NCBI GenBank assembly: GCA_951406725.2
Contig: OX597816.1
Span: forward strand, 18,972,001 to 19,036,000
Source: Octopus vulgaris
Lineage: Eukaryota
DNA: 64,000 nucleotides
Direction of reading: 5' to 3'
The notes beneath the pieces are model-generated. The model was given only the letters and a program-made list of their open reading frames with translations. It did no database searches and was not told where the DNA came from. Shown here in pieces: positions 14,104 to 26,030 of this stretch. Both the position numbers and the translations under genes were made by a program. How positions within the stretch are numbered: the first letter of the stretch is position 1; every line of letters starts with the position of its first letter.

Positions 14104-14148
14104 TATTATTATTATTGTTATTATTATTATTACTATTATTATTACTAT
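13895..14148. repeat. Compound (CAT/CGT/ATT)n trinucleotide microsatellite
   Basis: Directly visible. Confidence 0.97.
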
Positions 14149-14149
14149 T

Positions 14150-14712
14150 GAGTCAGAGAGAGAGAGAGCAGTGCATGCCATCAGTGACAGAGGGGTAAAA
14201 TATACGAAGCCCTGTATAACAATCATGACTACCCGTCTGATAAGGGTACACTAAGCACACGCATCACAACCATATGTCCGCAACATGGTGATCTCATACC
14301 ATGATAAACTGCACATGACGTTGCAGGTGGAGACCAGTTAGAATTTGCTTCCGTTCGAGTAACCCATCCAGCTCAAAAGGTACCCGAATAAGGATTGTTG
14401 AAGGCTGTTGACCGAACCACTCATGTTTCCAGAGGTGAATGATTCAAACCCCAACGAATTCCTCTCAACACACGGTTATGATGCTCCCCCACTACTTCTG
14501 CTCGTGATCAGAGATGCACATATTGTCAGTCACTAAGAGACATGCTCAACTGGTTAAGGTCAAACAACTGACGAGCAAATCTGTGGTATTGAGCAGAATA
14601 TTTGCTGTAGCCCATCTTTTATAACAAGACATAATAATATACATGATAACAGTTCCAATCAATTAAGATCAGAAGCCACGAAAGCCACAGTCTGGTACTG
14701 CATCAGTGCATA
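14150..14712. mobile_element. ~560 bp non-coding interspersed repeat embedded between trinucleotide tracts
   Basis: Sharp boundaries against (ATT)n and (CAT)n; sequence resembles a recurrent Octopus repeat from memory; only one copy in this window. Confidence 0.55.
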
Positions 14713-14856
14713 TTATCATCATCATCAGCATCATCAGCAGCAGCACCATCATCATCACCACCAACACCACCACCACCAACACCACCACCACCACCACCAC
14801 CAGCACCACCACCGCCGCCGCCGCCGTCGTCGTCATCATCATCATCATCATCATCA
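14712..14856. repeat. Compound (CAT/CAG/CAC/CGC)n trinucleotide tract
   Basis: Directly visible. Confidence 0.97.
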
Positions 14857-15530
14857 TTGCTTTTGCACAGCTTCTAACACTGGAGATGTACTATAGTGTC
14901 AGCTGTTCACTATCAGTGAACTAAGGTTACTCCTCTTATTTTTGAGCACCTTACGGATTATTCGAGCGGTCTCAACAGTCCTGTTTTCTGCAAGTTCTCC
15001 ACCCTTATTGCAGCCCCTTTTTGTTCCACATACTTTTTCGTGATTTTGCTCACTATTCCCAGGGCTCCGACAATTATTGCTACTACTGCTACATTTTTCA
15101 TATCTCTCGACTTTTCTTTCTTCCTTCTCGCATACCTTGTTGTAAGCTGGGCATGCTATGTCTATGATCCAATATAGTTTGTTTTCTTTCTCAATGAAGA
15201 CTATATCCGGCATAGTATTCTCAGTCTCATGGTCGCACTGAATCGTAAATTCCCGTAGGATCTTGGCATTTCTATTTCGACAATGCCTTCAGGTTTGTAG
15301 TTGTACCAATTTTTTGCTCTGTCTAGTCCTTACTTCTTGGAAAGTGCCCAATGGACAAGCCTGGCTATAGTGTCGTGGCATCTCTTATATTCCTTCTGTG
15401 CTAGCGGCCTACACTGACTGGTAATACGGCATACGGTATCACCGTTTTGTTCACAGATTCTGCACTTATCACTTTATGATGTGTTGTCTCTTCTGTATTT
15501 TATGTAGTTTGTTCTTAGTGCTTGCTCATG
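14857..15530 (-). mobile_element. 5'-truncated R4/Dong-clade LINE: zinc knuckle, restriction-like endonuclease domain and 3' UTR
   Basis: HEQALRTNYIKY..KCRICEQNGDTVCRITSQCRPLAQKEYKRCHDTIARLVHW..PDIVFIEKENKLYWIIDIACP..KEERKVERY; stops and frameshifts; 3' end runs into (TGA)n. Confidence 0.88.
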
Positions 15531-15598
15531 CGGAAATTATAATTTCATATTAATCGGTTTGAAAATAAAAATTTCTAACATCGGACTACAAAAAGAAA

Positions 15599-15730
15599 CC
15601 CAACTACATGGTTCCAGGTTCAGTCGCACTGCGTGGCACCTTGGGCAAGTGCCTTCTGCTATAGCCTCTACTATAGCCGGCCAAAGCCTTCTGAGTAGAT
15701 TTGGTAGACGGAAACTGAAGGAAGCCTGTC

Positions 15731-15771
<41 letters not shown>

Positions 15772-16054
15772 TGTGTGTGTGTGTGTGTATGTGTGTGTGT
15801 CTATATGTGTGTGTATGTGTGTGTGTGTGAGTGTGTATGTTTGTGTGTCTGCCCCCCCCCCCAACATCGCTTGACAACCGATGCTCGTGTGTTTACGTCC
15901 ACGTCACTTAGCGGTTCGGCAAGTGGGACCGATAGGATAAGTACTAGTCTTACAAAGAATAAGTCCTGGGGTCGATTTTCTCGTCTAAAAGCGGTGCTCC
16001 AGCATGGCCGCAGTCAAATGACTGAAACGATTAAAAGAATAAAAGAATAAAAGA
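15599..16054 (+). mobile_element. SINE family B, 5'-truncated, expanded internal microsatellite
   Basis: Matches the 2901 copy from about 2935 onward; (aaaaga)n-type tail. Confidence 0.9.
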
Positions 16055-16189
16055 ACCCTCCTAAGTATCCTAGCTGTCCCTAATAACACTGTTTTCAGCA
16101 GCTGCACTGAACTGGGTTTTATGCTTATTTCCTCTATCCATCTGTTCAAAGCTTTGCGGAAAATTCCAAATGCACCTATAACTACTGGA

Positions 16190-16818
16190 AAGCATTTCCC
16201 CAGATCTTCCCCTCTCTGTGGTGGAGCGCTCCTTCCTCAGTAGGAGGTCTGCGTTTCATCCTCCTCACTCCATCTTGTAAGGAATTTCAAACTCGTGCTG
16301 ATATCCACAGCTTTGTGCGCCGCGTTACGTTTTGTGTGCTCTTCCGCGACACTCCACCCGCATCAAACGAGGAGGACTGCTTCACTGACCTGGGCCGCCG
16401 ACCATCCCAGTGGATGCCTACTCCTGGGCAGTTTCAAGCAGTGGATCTTTTTGCGGGCGCCTGCCAGTGCACTGTGGACCGGTTCAACTTCTCCAGGCGT
16501 CCGTGTTGTCTCAACATCTCCCCAGCCGAACTCTCGGCTCTTGGTTCCCTCCGGCGGCGCACTGACATCGTTATTAAACCGGCCGACAAGGGTGGAGCAG
16601 TGGTGGTATGGCGCGCGGACCTACAAGGCCAAAGCTCTCCGTCAACTCCATGACACCTCCTTCTACTGCCCTCTGTCCTCTCACCCCACGACCAGCTACC
16701 AACAGACGGTCTTCTCTACGATCAATGATCTCATCTCGTCCTCCCGTCTCCCCTACACCGCCTCCAACCTCATTGTCCGAAACCCCTGCACCCCCAACTT
16801 TTACTTCCTCCCAAAATC
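16190..16818 (+). pseudogene. Penelope-like element reverse transcriptase N-terminal region (frameshifted)
   Basis: NISPAELSALGSLRRRTDIVIKPADKGGAVVVW then (frameshift) YKAKALRQLHDTSFYCPLSSHPTT...LIVRNPCTPNFYFLPK; DKG and FYxLPK are PLE hallmarks. Confidence 0.92.
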
Positions 16819-16828
16819 AAGAGAGAGT

Positions 16829-17026
16829 CGCCATGGTAGATCGTTAGCCACTGCATACATTTTTTCCTTTCCTTCTTTCTCTCCTTGTTTTGTCTGTGCC
16901 CCTTTCTGTAGAAGAGCGTAGGCTCGAAACGTAAAATACTTTTCCTATTCCTGAGCGTTATACTAATACATCTGTTTGTTTTGTACATCACTTGTCTTCG
17001 TCTTTTGTTTTTTTCGTAAACTCTCC

Positions 17027-17028
<2 letters not shown>
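16829..17028 (+). mobile_element. H1 unit copy 1 (PLE 3' end / pLTR-like, hammerhead-bearing)
   Basis: Homologous to 17445-17653, 22779-22960 and 49536-49617; followed by (CT)n(TA)n. Confidence 0.8.
16901..16939 (+). ncRNA. Minimal type I hammerhead ribozyme motif, core CUGUAGA
   Basis: ttt CTGTAGA a GAGC gtag GCTC GAAA cg TA aaa: stem II GAGC/GCTC, palindromic ACGT in place of stem III, short stem I. Confidence 0.6.
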
Positions 17029-17086
<58 letters not shown>

Positions 17087-17091
17087 ATAAT

Positions 17092-17396
17092 AATAATAAT
17101 AATAAATATTAGGGAATAAATCCAAATTTACAAGGAAAAATCAGATTTAAGATTGAATCCAATTTTATAGTAAAATATTATATTATATCAAATTAGAGAC
17201 AAAACCACTATTATGCAAATCAAACAAAGAAAGACTTAATACAATACATAAAATAATTTATATAAATTAAAATTTAACATATGAATATGAATATGGTTGT
17301 TCAAATGTTAAATTTAAATTTATATAAATTATTTTATGTATTGGATTAAGTCTTTCTTTGTTTGATTTGCATAATAGTGGTTTTGTCTCTAATTTG

Positions 17397-17406
<10 letters not shown>
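17092..17406. repeat. Near-perfect palindrome (102 bp arms) with a one-sided extension, between TA-rich tracts
   Basis: 17179-17280 versus reverse complement of 17305-17406, 2 mismatches by eye; ~80 bp extension on the left. Confidence 0.92.
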
Positions 17407-17440
<34 letters not shown>

Positions 17441-17444
17441 TGTA

Positions 17445-17652
17445 GCCATGTTGATTCGGTAGCTTCTGCACGCATTTTTTTTCTCTCCTTGATTCTTTTC
17501 GTGTTTCTTTTCTGTGTATCTTTCTGTTGAAGAGCGTAAGCTGGAAACGTAAAAGACTTGTTTTATTTATATTTCTGAGCGCCATGCTAATATAATTGTT
17601 TGTTTGTATTCCACCTGCCTTTGTCTTTTGTTTATTTTCATAAAGCTTCCCG

Positions 17653-17653
<1 letters not shown>
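17445..17653 (+). mobile_element. H1 unit copy 2 with hammerhead motif at ~17519-17556 (core CUGUUGA, stem II damaged)
   Basis: tcttt CTGTTGA a GAGC gtaa GCTg GAAA cg TA aaaga; flanked on both sides by (TA)n. Confidence 0.8.
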
Positions 17654-17704
<51 letters not shown>

Positions 17705-17751
17705 CCAGACAGATAGATAGATAGATAGATATACATACACACACACACACG

Positions 17752-17782
<31 letters not shown>

Positions 17783-18833
17783 TATATCACTATGATAATA
17801 TAAACAATAATAAAGCAATGTGATTAAACAGACCAGTTTTTTAACAATCTACCTACACTTAACGTTTTTTTTTATTCCCTCTTGAAACCAATAAGAAATG
17901 TTCTTGGTTTATATTACGCTAAACGTCAAAGAAACTTGGTTGTTTAAGGACATTTAAGATTATATTCTGATACACAATTATGTCAATTTCAGCGTAATTA
18001 AATCTTCCGAAGCATACTAATGATGTTTTAAAGAGATATTAAGTTATTATGAGAAAAGGGAACTTTCATAATTATGGTAGAATGGATCGCTTTCGTGTCG
18101 AAGTATTTCAGCATAAATATGAGAAGAAATAATGTATTTTCAAATGGAAGTGAGAGGACTGATCCTCAATATTCCGTCAACGAATGCAATAAGTGTAAAA
18201 TATAATTGTTACAAATCTTAAGACATGGTTTGTAATATTCAAAAAGAAGATAGATATCTGTGGGGAAAATATTTAGCTTACACAATGTTTCGTACGACAC
18301 TGGCATTGAAATAATAAATTAAGTATATATTATTCAGCTAAAAGCTGATAATGGAACTGCGTATGTAAACGTACAGTTGAATATTTTAGTGCAAAACCGG
18401 TAATAAAATATTGATACGGAGAAGGAATGAGATTTTATCGAATAAAACGAAATGTTGAAGATTTTAGAAGTGCTCTTTAGTGCGAAGAGAAAGATTAAAA
18501 GGTATCTTAACTTACTTCGAAAACAGAGAAATCGCAAAGACATATAAATATACATTAGCTTTTAAACGATAAAAACTCTCAAAACACCGCAAATCTATCT
18601 AGCAACACGCTGAAAAATTTTGCAAGCGTAGTTTCGGAAGCTGCTCTACTGTATTCCGAAACGATCACTAAAGAATTAAGAAAAGAAATACAGCGATGCT
18701 GTTGTTATTGTCGATGATGCTGATGCTGATGATGATGATAATGACGATGGTAGTAAAGCAACAATATTAACGGGGAAAGGCATGCACTGGCTCTCGTACA
18801 CATATTCTGTCTAGTGATTTCCTTTAAGATGTT

Positions 18834-18920
18834 GGACGGCCCGAGGCTATAGTGGAAGTTACTTGCCTAAGATGAAGCATAATGGAATGGAATTCGAAAA
18901 CACATGATCTTCGGCAAACA
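18834..18920 (-). mobile_element. Degenerate SINE family B fragment
   Basis: cggcccgaggctatagtggaagttacttgcctaag matches the reverse CORE-like block seen at ~56313-56350. Confidence 0.55.
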
Positions 18921-19197
18921 TCTATGTCGGCGCCTTCGTAACATCTTATACACGCACACACCCACTCGCACACACCTACATAGATACATACATACAAACA
19001 AACAAACACCAGAAGTAACTACATGTACCACGTACATATACATACTACTTACATATACATATGTGTAACAAAAACTCCTGAGAAAGAACAATATACAATT
19101 ACACAAATACACAAGTCTACCTTCATCAAAGAACTAGATCCCATAAATATTACTAATATTTAAGGGTATATTCAAATTCTGTTATGGTCCATATTAC

Positions 19198-19305
19198 ATT
19201 TCATCCTTTCGGGATCCATAATATAAGTACCAGTTGAGCACTGGGGTCGATGTTTATCGACCTGTCCCCAAACCTGTACTTACTGGCCTTGTGTCAAAAT
19301 CATAA
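19198..19305 (+). mobile_element. SINE family A 3' fragment
   Basis: tttcatcctttcggg...taagtaccagttgagcactggggtcgatgtt...ggccttgtg. Confidence 0.75.
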
Positions 19306-19339
19306 CTATATTTGTGGTGGAAGAGGTGCCACCTGTTTC

Positions 19340-19950
19340 TCGCAAATGCGGGAAAAATACAGAAAGAATGTTGTCGTAGAGTTAGAGCTATATTAATGAG
19401 CGAACATTATGGGAGAAACAAGATTGATGCAATCAGTACCTTACCTATTTGTGTTGTGGCCTACAACTCTAACATCGCAACATGGACCTTCATTGAGATC
19501 AGTAAAATTGCTGTAAAGATACTCAAGTTTCTCACACTGCACGACAGGGTCCAATCAAAGGCAAGAAGATGTGACATGTCTACAAATATGAACGTTACAA
19601 GCAACTAATGCGTTCAGTATGAGAAGAAACCAAGAAGTACATTCAGAGGTTACAAATCAACAAGACTGTGGTATAGGTCATGAAACAGAAACCTCTGTGA
19701 TGACAAAACAGATAAAAAAATAAGACCAGCTTAATCAAGAGAAATCAATCGTTGTATCACGACAACATATTGAAAAATAAGATATTACACTGCAATACGT
19801 CGCGAGGAAGAGTTACTCCTGGTGAAGATACAAATATGACCCATCTTCGGCTGGACCTAAATCAGACGCAACGGGCGTCATTATTGCAGCTGAGCATCAG
19901 TCCCTTCCCCCCAGAAACTACCAAGGAAGGAATCTTAAGACGGTGCTATT
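19340..19950 (+). pseudogene. Decayed R4/Dong-clade LINE, post-RT region
   Basis: KECCRRVRAILMSEHYGRNKIDAISTLPICVVAY..ATWTFIEISKIAVKILKFLTLH and later GVIIAAEHQSLPPRNYQ resemble the R4/Dong consensus (ILKSELNAxNKIxAINT; IIAAQDQSL). Confidence 0.7.
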
Positions 19951-20923
19951 CCTGTATGCTGCTGTTTTTGGTACAACCAAGAAAATATTTAACTGCGGCA
20001 TTTTTGGAAGCTCTACGTGAGGCTTAAATGACTATATTGATGATCATGATTGAATTTTCGTAATTCAGACATTTATATGTAGGTACGAATTGCGTCGAAG
20101 AAGATGCTACACTATTAGGCGTTGTTTACTGAAACCAGTAAACTTGGACTAGAATCAGATACCATCTTCCACCATTGCAAAAAGGAAAACATCCTTTGCA
20201 TTAATAATTGTTAAATACAGCAAAAAGATATTTACACTAAATTTTATACAATTCCTAAGCCAGTTCTAAAGACGCAGACGCTTTTGAATATACATATCCT
20301 ATTAGCTTTAATCTTAAAAATATAATAATGATAAGGACACAGAGTTGATAAAATCTCCATTAGAAAACGATTAATGCTACAGAAGAAATTTCTAACTTTA
20401 TAAAAATATAAATATAATATGAAAAGGAAAGAAGGAATTAGCAAGATGGTAATCCGTAAATTGCAACTACCTAAACACATTATGTACTAAAAAGGGGATG
20501 TAACACAACATAAATGTGAGATTGAACTTTCATTTTGGACGCTTAGAATTAGCTTATCTAAATAAGAGGTTATATATTACTTCTTAAGCGAAGTCATCCT
20601 GATGGAGTGTTCTATCTGTAAAATATTTCATGTGATATCCACATAAGTGCATTAGAATAAATTTAATATATAACAGATCTGCTGCCTATCTCCAGTGAAA
20701 GATATATGAAGAGGTTTCCTGCTGTGAACACTAAATTCATACGTTGTGGCCATTCGACTGAATTATTATGGTAAACGGAATTCATGCACATTAAGATTGA
20801 CATATCAAAATTAGTAATAACGATACAAGAGCAGTCATAATTTCGACAAGATTTAGGGTAGATACCGAAAAAGTATCATAACATACAAATAGTTGACAGG
20901 CATAGAAACATTGGTATCTTGAA

Positions 20924-21206
20924 GGCAGAGAGGTGGAAGAAACGTTAGCACGCCGGGCGAAATGCGTATCCGTATTTCGTCTGCCGTCACGTTCTGAGTT
21001 CAAATTCAGACGAGGTCGACTTTGCCTTTCATACCCTCGGGATCGATAAATTAAGTACTAGTTACGCACCGGGGTCGATGTAATCGACTTAATCCGTTTG
21101 TCTGTCCTTGTTTGTCCCCTCTATGTTTAGGCCCTTGTGGGTTGTAAAGAAATAGGTATTGCGTCTGTCTCTAATAAGGAGGTGAGCTATGGGCAATAAA
21201 GAAACA
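20924..21206 (+). mobile_element. SINE family A with 20 bp TSD and mosaic tail
   Basis: TSD agaaacattggtatcttgaa (20904-20923) / agaaacatgggtatcttaaa (21207-21226), 18/20 identical. Confidence 0.9.
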
Positions 21207-22321
21207 AGAAACATGGGTATCTTAAAATATTTGCTCAACTATTATATTTACATAACTGATTTTTAACAAAAAAATGTTTCTGAAGTATTTTCATCATATG
21301 CAGCATAGGGCATTTACACTCAGGTTCATATTCAGCACGCCATTTCCATCACTCTGGTTATATCTATTATCCTCGATACGATATAAGGATTCTCCTCCAT
21401 TCAATAGACAATTAGGGAGTACTATCCGTATGCCAGTAGCTATTTGAACTATTGCAGGCATCAATATGCCTTTGGTGATGCATGGATATTATGAAACGAG
21501 ATGGCTTTCTTGAATTTTCTTATTACATAAAAAAGCATTGCTAGTGTATTTCCTTTTAGCAACGGACATAAACTATTTATGTATAGTTTTACACATTTGT
21601 CATACGTTAATATTTAGATGCTTGTGTAACGGTTACGGTATATAATTTCGTATTAGCGTTATGCAGTATATGTCTTATTTAATTGAGTTTTATAGAATGT
21701 TCCGCCGAAAGCACTCATGCTATCTATTTTCAATATAACTTCCGGAGTGCTTACTTGAAGATCTCTTCAGATATCGATAACCCATTATAAAATACTGATG
21801 TCAAACATTTATCATATATTATTTACTTTACTCCCGTTATATCAAGTGCTATGAATTTACAAAATCTCAACAGGAAAACCCGTACCTTTCTTTTCATCAT
21901 CGTAGCTTTCGTAAGATGCAAGAGAAGATTACACACTCTCATAGAAATATATTTATTGTTTCCGCCCTTCTCTGTAGAGTGCCCTATCAACTGAATTACA
22001 TTATGTAGTAAGCCTTTCGTGCACAAATGAACCATTGTGCCACATTGTAAAGCATAATATTTTCCATGATGTTGTATCTTATGTTAACTATTTCCCGTAC
22101 GTTCAGAGTATGTTACGATAATATTCTTATGAAAGAAGCGCTATATATTGAAGAGATTTCGATTATTTGGGAGAAAAAGCACTGAAAATGATACAAGCAA
22201 ATACACACGCGCATCTCATACATGAGAAGACAAAATAAATGGCTTCAAAATATCTAGGGTGTTGTAAGCATTCTAACTGAATAGAATATTCAGGTTACCT
22301 ATCAATCTATGTATCTATTCG

Positions 22322-22352
<31 letters not shown>

Positions 22353-22353
22353 G

Positions 22354-22419
<66 letters not shown>

Positions 22420-22574
22420 AATCAATATATCTATCTATCTCTCTCTATATATATATATGTCTTGTTTCCCCGTTGTTATCATACTTAAGTTCGTATTTCA
22501 TGCTGTTTTCGTATTTCGTAATTCATATATTGTATACGTTTTATGACGACCTGCACCCATATATTCATATACAT

Positions 22575-22620
<46 letters not shown>

Positions 22621-22626
22621 ACACAT

Positions 22627-22669
<43 letters not shown>

Positions 22670-22778
22670 TTGACTTTTTTTTTACCTCCTGGATACTTAC
22701 CTCTAGCTGCACGTCTCTTTCACGGATCAAACTGACTTTGTTATTGATGTGAAATCCTTAAAATATACCACGACCGTC

Positions 22779-22960
22779 TATACATTTTTCTCTTTGTTTC
22801 TCTCCGTGTTTCTTTTCTGTGTATCTTTCTGTTGAAGAGCGTAGGCTCGAAACGTAAAAGGCTTGTTTTATTTCTATTCCTGAGCGCCATACTAATACAA
22901 TTGTTTGCTTGTACTCCACCTGCCTTCATCTTTTGTTTATTTTCGTAAAGCTTCCTGTTA
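22779..22960 (+). mobile_element. H1 unit copy 3 with well-formed hammerhead motif at 22825-22860 (core CUGUUGA)
   Basis: cttt CTGTTGA a GAGC gtag GCTC GAAA cg TA aaag. Confidence 0.8.
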
Positions 22961-22984
22961 TATATGTTTGTAGTATGTATATAA

Positions 22985-23692
22985 ACAAATATATTTTTCA
23001 TTTATATTATTATATGATCGAACGCCACGCATCCATTTCCATGTACGTTTATCTTAATGATTTTGATGCGACACTATCCTGTAGTGTTCTCTCTCTCCCT
23101 TTTTCGTATTCTCCCTCTTCATTTCTCTAATTCTTTTTTCCTCCCTTCTGCACTTTCGTTTTCTCTCTCATACTTTCTCTAATTCTTTTTTGTCTCCTTC
23201 ACCGTTTTCTATCTGTCTGTCCGTCTCTCTTTCTCTTTTACTCTCTCTCTCTCTCTCATTGCTCACACATCGTTCATTTTCATTTTCCTCACGTGATCAT
23301 CTTTCGTTTCTTTCACTCTGTCTTACAGACTAGACGCATTCTTTTCTATCCTCTCCTATCTTTTCTCTTGTTAAAGATAATATTCCTCAGCGTTTGCTCT
23401 CTTACCTCGTCTGGCCTAAAGGTCCTTCATGTTTGTTTTCGTTTGGTTTGTTGTATGTCTCCATTGTCCTGTTTCTGTCACCATCTTCGACTCTTCGCAA
23501 AGCCAAATTTTATTTTAGTTCGCGGGGGCAACTACTTTTTCGAAGTCTCATATTGTCATTAATTGCTCGAAATGAGGGTCGTTTTTTATGTTACTTGTCT
23601 TGTTTATCACCTTTTTCTCTCATTGTTCGCATACCAAAGTTTGTCTTCGTATTTCATGTTTACGTTTTGTGACGTCCTGTAAACATATATGC

Positions 23693-23695
<3 letters not shown>
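22985..23695 (+). repeat. Pyrimidine-rich interspersed repeat whose modules recur at 22460-22570, 24330-24405 and 37375-37552
   Basis: Shared motifs tattattatatgat..gaac..cacgcatccatttcca..gtttatct and ttcgtatttc..tacgttt..tgacg.cctg..catatat.cat. Confidence 0.55.
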
Positions 23696-23764
<69 letters not shown>

Positions 23765-24120
23765 GTTTGAAAAGTTCGGATATACAAACAGTTAGATCTA
23801 CATGTGCTTCTAACAGTCTGTGCGTCTAGGATTACGAAGGCTTCCCACTGAAGAACCTGGCCTGGCAAATATATTCTGTGTGTTTGCTAAAAATAGGTAG
23901 AAACCGTTCGGTCTGGGATATAGCTGAGATGATAATGTTTTTAGTTTTCATTCCTTCCATGAATTTTTCCCTTTTTGTGTTTCTTGCACTACGCTTCCAT
24001 ATTTGGAAGCCTTTTATTATATATTTCTATACGAAAAATATATAGTCTAATGACTAATTAGTCTTTTGTGCTAGGCCACTAGTAATAATAATTTATTTTA
24101 TTACCCTATTTGATTATGTT

Positions 24121-24185
<65 letters not shown>

Positions 24186-24291
24186 GTATATATATACATA
24201 TATACATATATACATATATATACATATATATACATATATACATATATATACATATATATACATATGTATATATATACATATATATACATAC

Positions 24292-24325
<34 letters not shown>

Positions 24326-25034
24326 GCATATATATTTTTTATTTATATTATTATATGATTGAATGATTGAACGGCGCGCATCCACTTCCAAGAAAGTTTA
24401 TCTGCCTATCTAAACACACACACACATATATATATATATACTTATATATGTATATATATATGAATGTATACACGTATGTATATTATATATGCATGAATAT
24501 ACGTATGCATGTCAGGTGTGACTTGTGTAGGCATTTATATAATTGGCAGTGCGCAGCGACAAGTTAACTTATCGTTGTCAGCGTCAGCGGTGCTTAGGGA
24601 AGAGATAATCTATACCGCTTGTACAATGGTAGTTGTTCCAATACTATTTTTCACACACTTATAACGATCTTTTTATTTGTATCTCAATACACAGGCAATT
24701 GTACTAAAACGAAAACCAGATGAGTTAACCGAAACTCATTATTCGAATATTAACTTCATAATAGGGGAAGCGTTTGCCAATTTATTTAATGAATTCTCTG
24801 TTTTTTTGTTGTTGTTCATTTCACCAATTAACCACGCGCCTGGTTTATATGGTTCCGTTAACTTAAGCATAACGCTTTCACGAATAATAAATAAATCTCA
24901 AAAAATTTATTGTTTCTGTTTTGTTTGATCATTGATGGGGAATGTCTTGAAAATATCAAACCTCTTTATATTAAAAGCATCTCACACATACAGGCACATC
25001 AAGAAGCTTTACATAAACAGTTACATACACACCC

Positions 25035-25101
<67 letters not shown>

Positions 25102-25264
25102 TATGTATATATTTATGTATATGTATATATATCTATATCTATCTCTCTATCTCTCTCTATATATATATGCATGTATGTATATATATATGTATATATCTAT
25201 ATCTATCTATCTATATATATATGTCCATTTATGACAATATGTATATCTATGTATATATTTAATG

Positions 25265-25826
25265 TTGTATTTGGGGATGGTCATTTTTTGCCAAATAAAC
25301 AGACACACTATATATTTTTTCATCACTCGTTTATTACTCTTCTTATTCTATAATTTTACTTCGTGTCCATTGTCCGGAGATCTTTCATCACACATGTGTG
25401 ACCCCATCAGGACAACTTTTCCTTTATGTGTGTGTTCTTGCTCCACAAACTCCATCTGTTCTTCTGAGATGTGTATCCTTACGTGCGCATGTGTTTGTGT
25501 TCTTTGTGTGTGTGTGTGTGTGTGCGCGCATCTGTGTATGTGTGCGTACACATACACACGCGCGCACATAGACACTAAAAGACGGACACGCATGCGCACA
25601 CAAGTTTACACGTCTTAGAAAACAGAATGTAGTAAGTGGAGCAAGAACACACACAAAAAGTAAATGAGTGGCTGACGACGTCAGGGACGTGTGAGGAAAG
25701 ATTTCCAGATATTGGAATTGAGTTAACATAATACAATAACAACAGAAATAAACGAGTGAAGAAAAAAATATATGTAATGCTTGTGTTTATTTTGCAAAGA
25801 AAAGAAATGACTCTTCCCAAATACAA
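25265..25826. repeat. Diverged ~560 bp palindrome (two inverted copies of one repeat meeting near 25546)
   Basis: Left ttgtatttggggatggtcatt..tcactcgtttatt..gtgtgtgttcttgctccac; right arm reverse complement ttgtatttgggaagagtcatt..tcactcgtttatt..gtgtgtgttcttgctccac. Confidence 0.85.
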
Positions 25827-25963
25827 TATCAGTTTCAACACACGATTTCACATCAGTAATTTTCTCAAAAGGAATTGATAAATGTATATATATATCTATT
25901 TATATAAATGTTACAGTACTATCCTAGAGCTAATATATACATATACATACATACATACAAACA

Positions 25964-26029
<66 letters not shown>

Positions 26030-26030
<1 letters not shown>

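Noticed and set aside
21823-22035. 70 aa minus-strand ORF with a possible donor aaag|gtacgg
   Set aside because: Weak splice signals and no recognisable protein features
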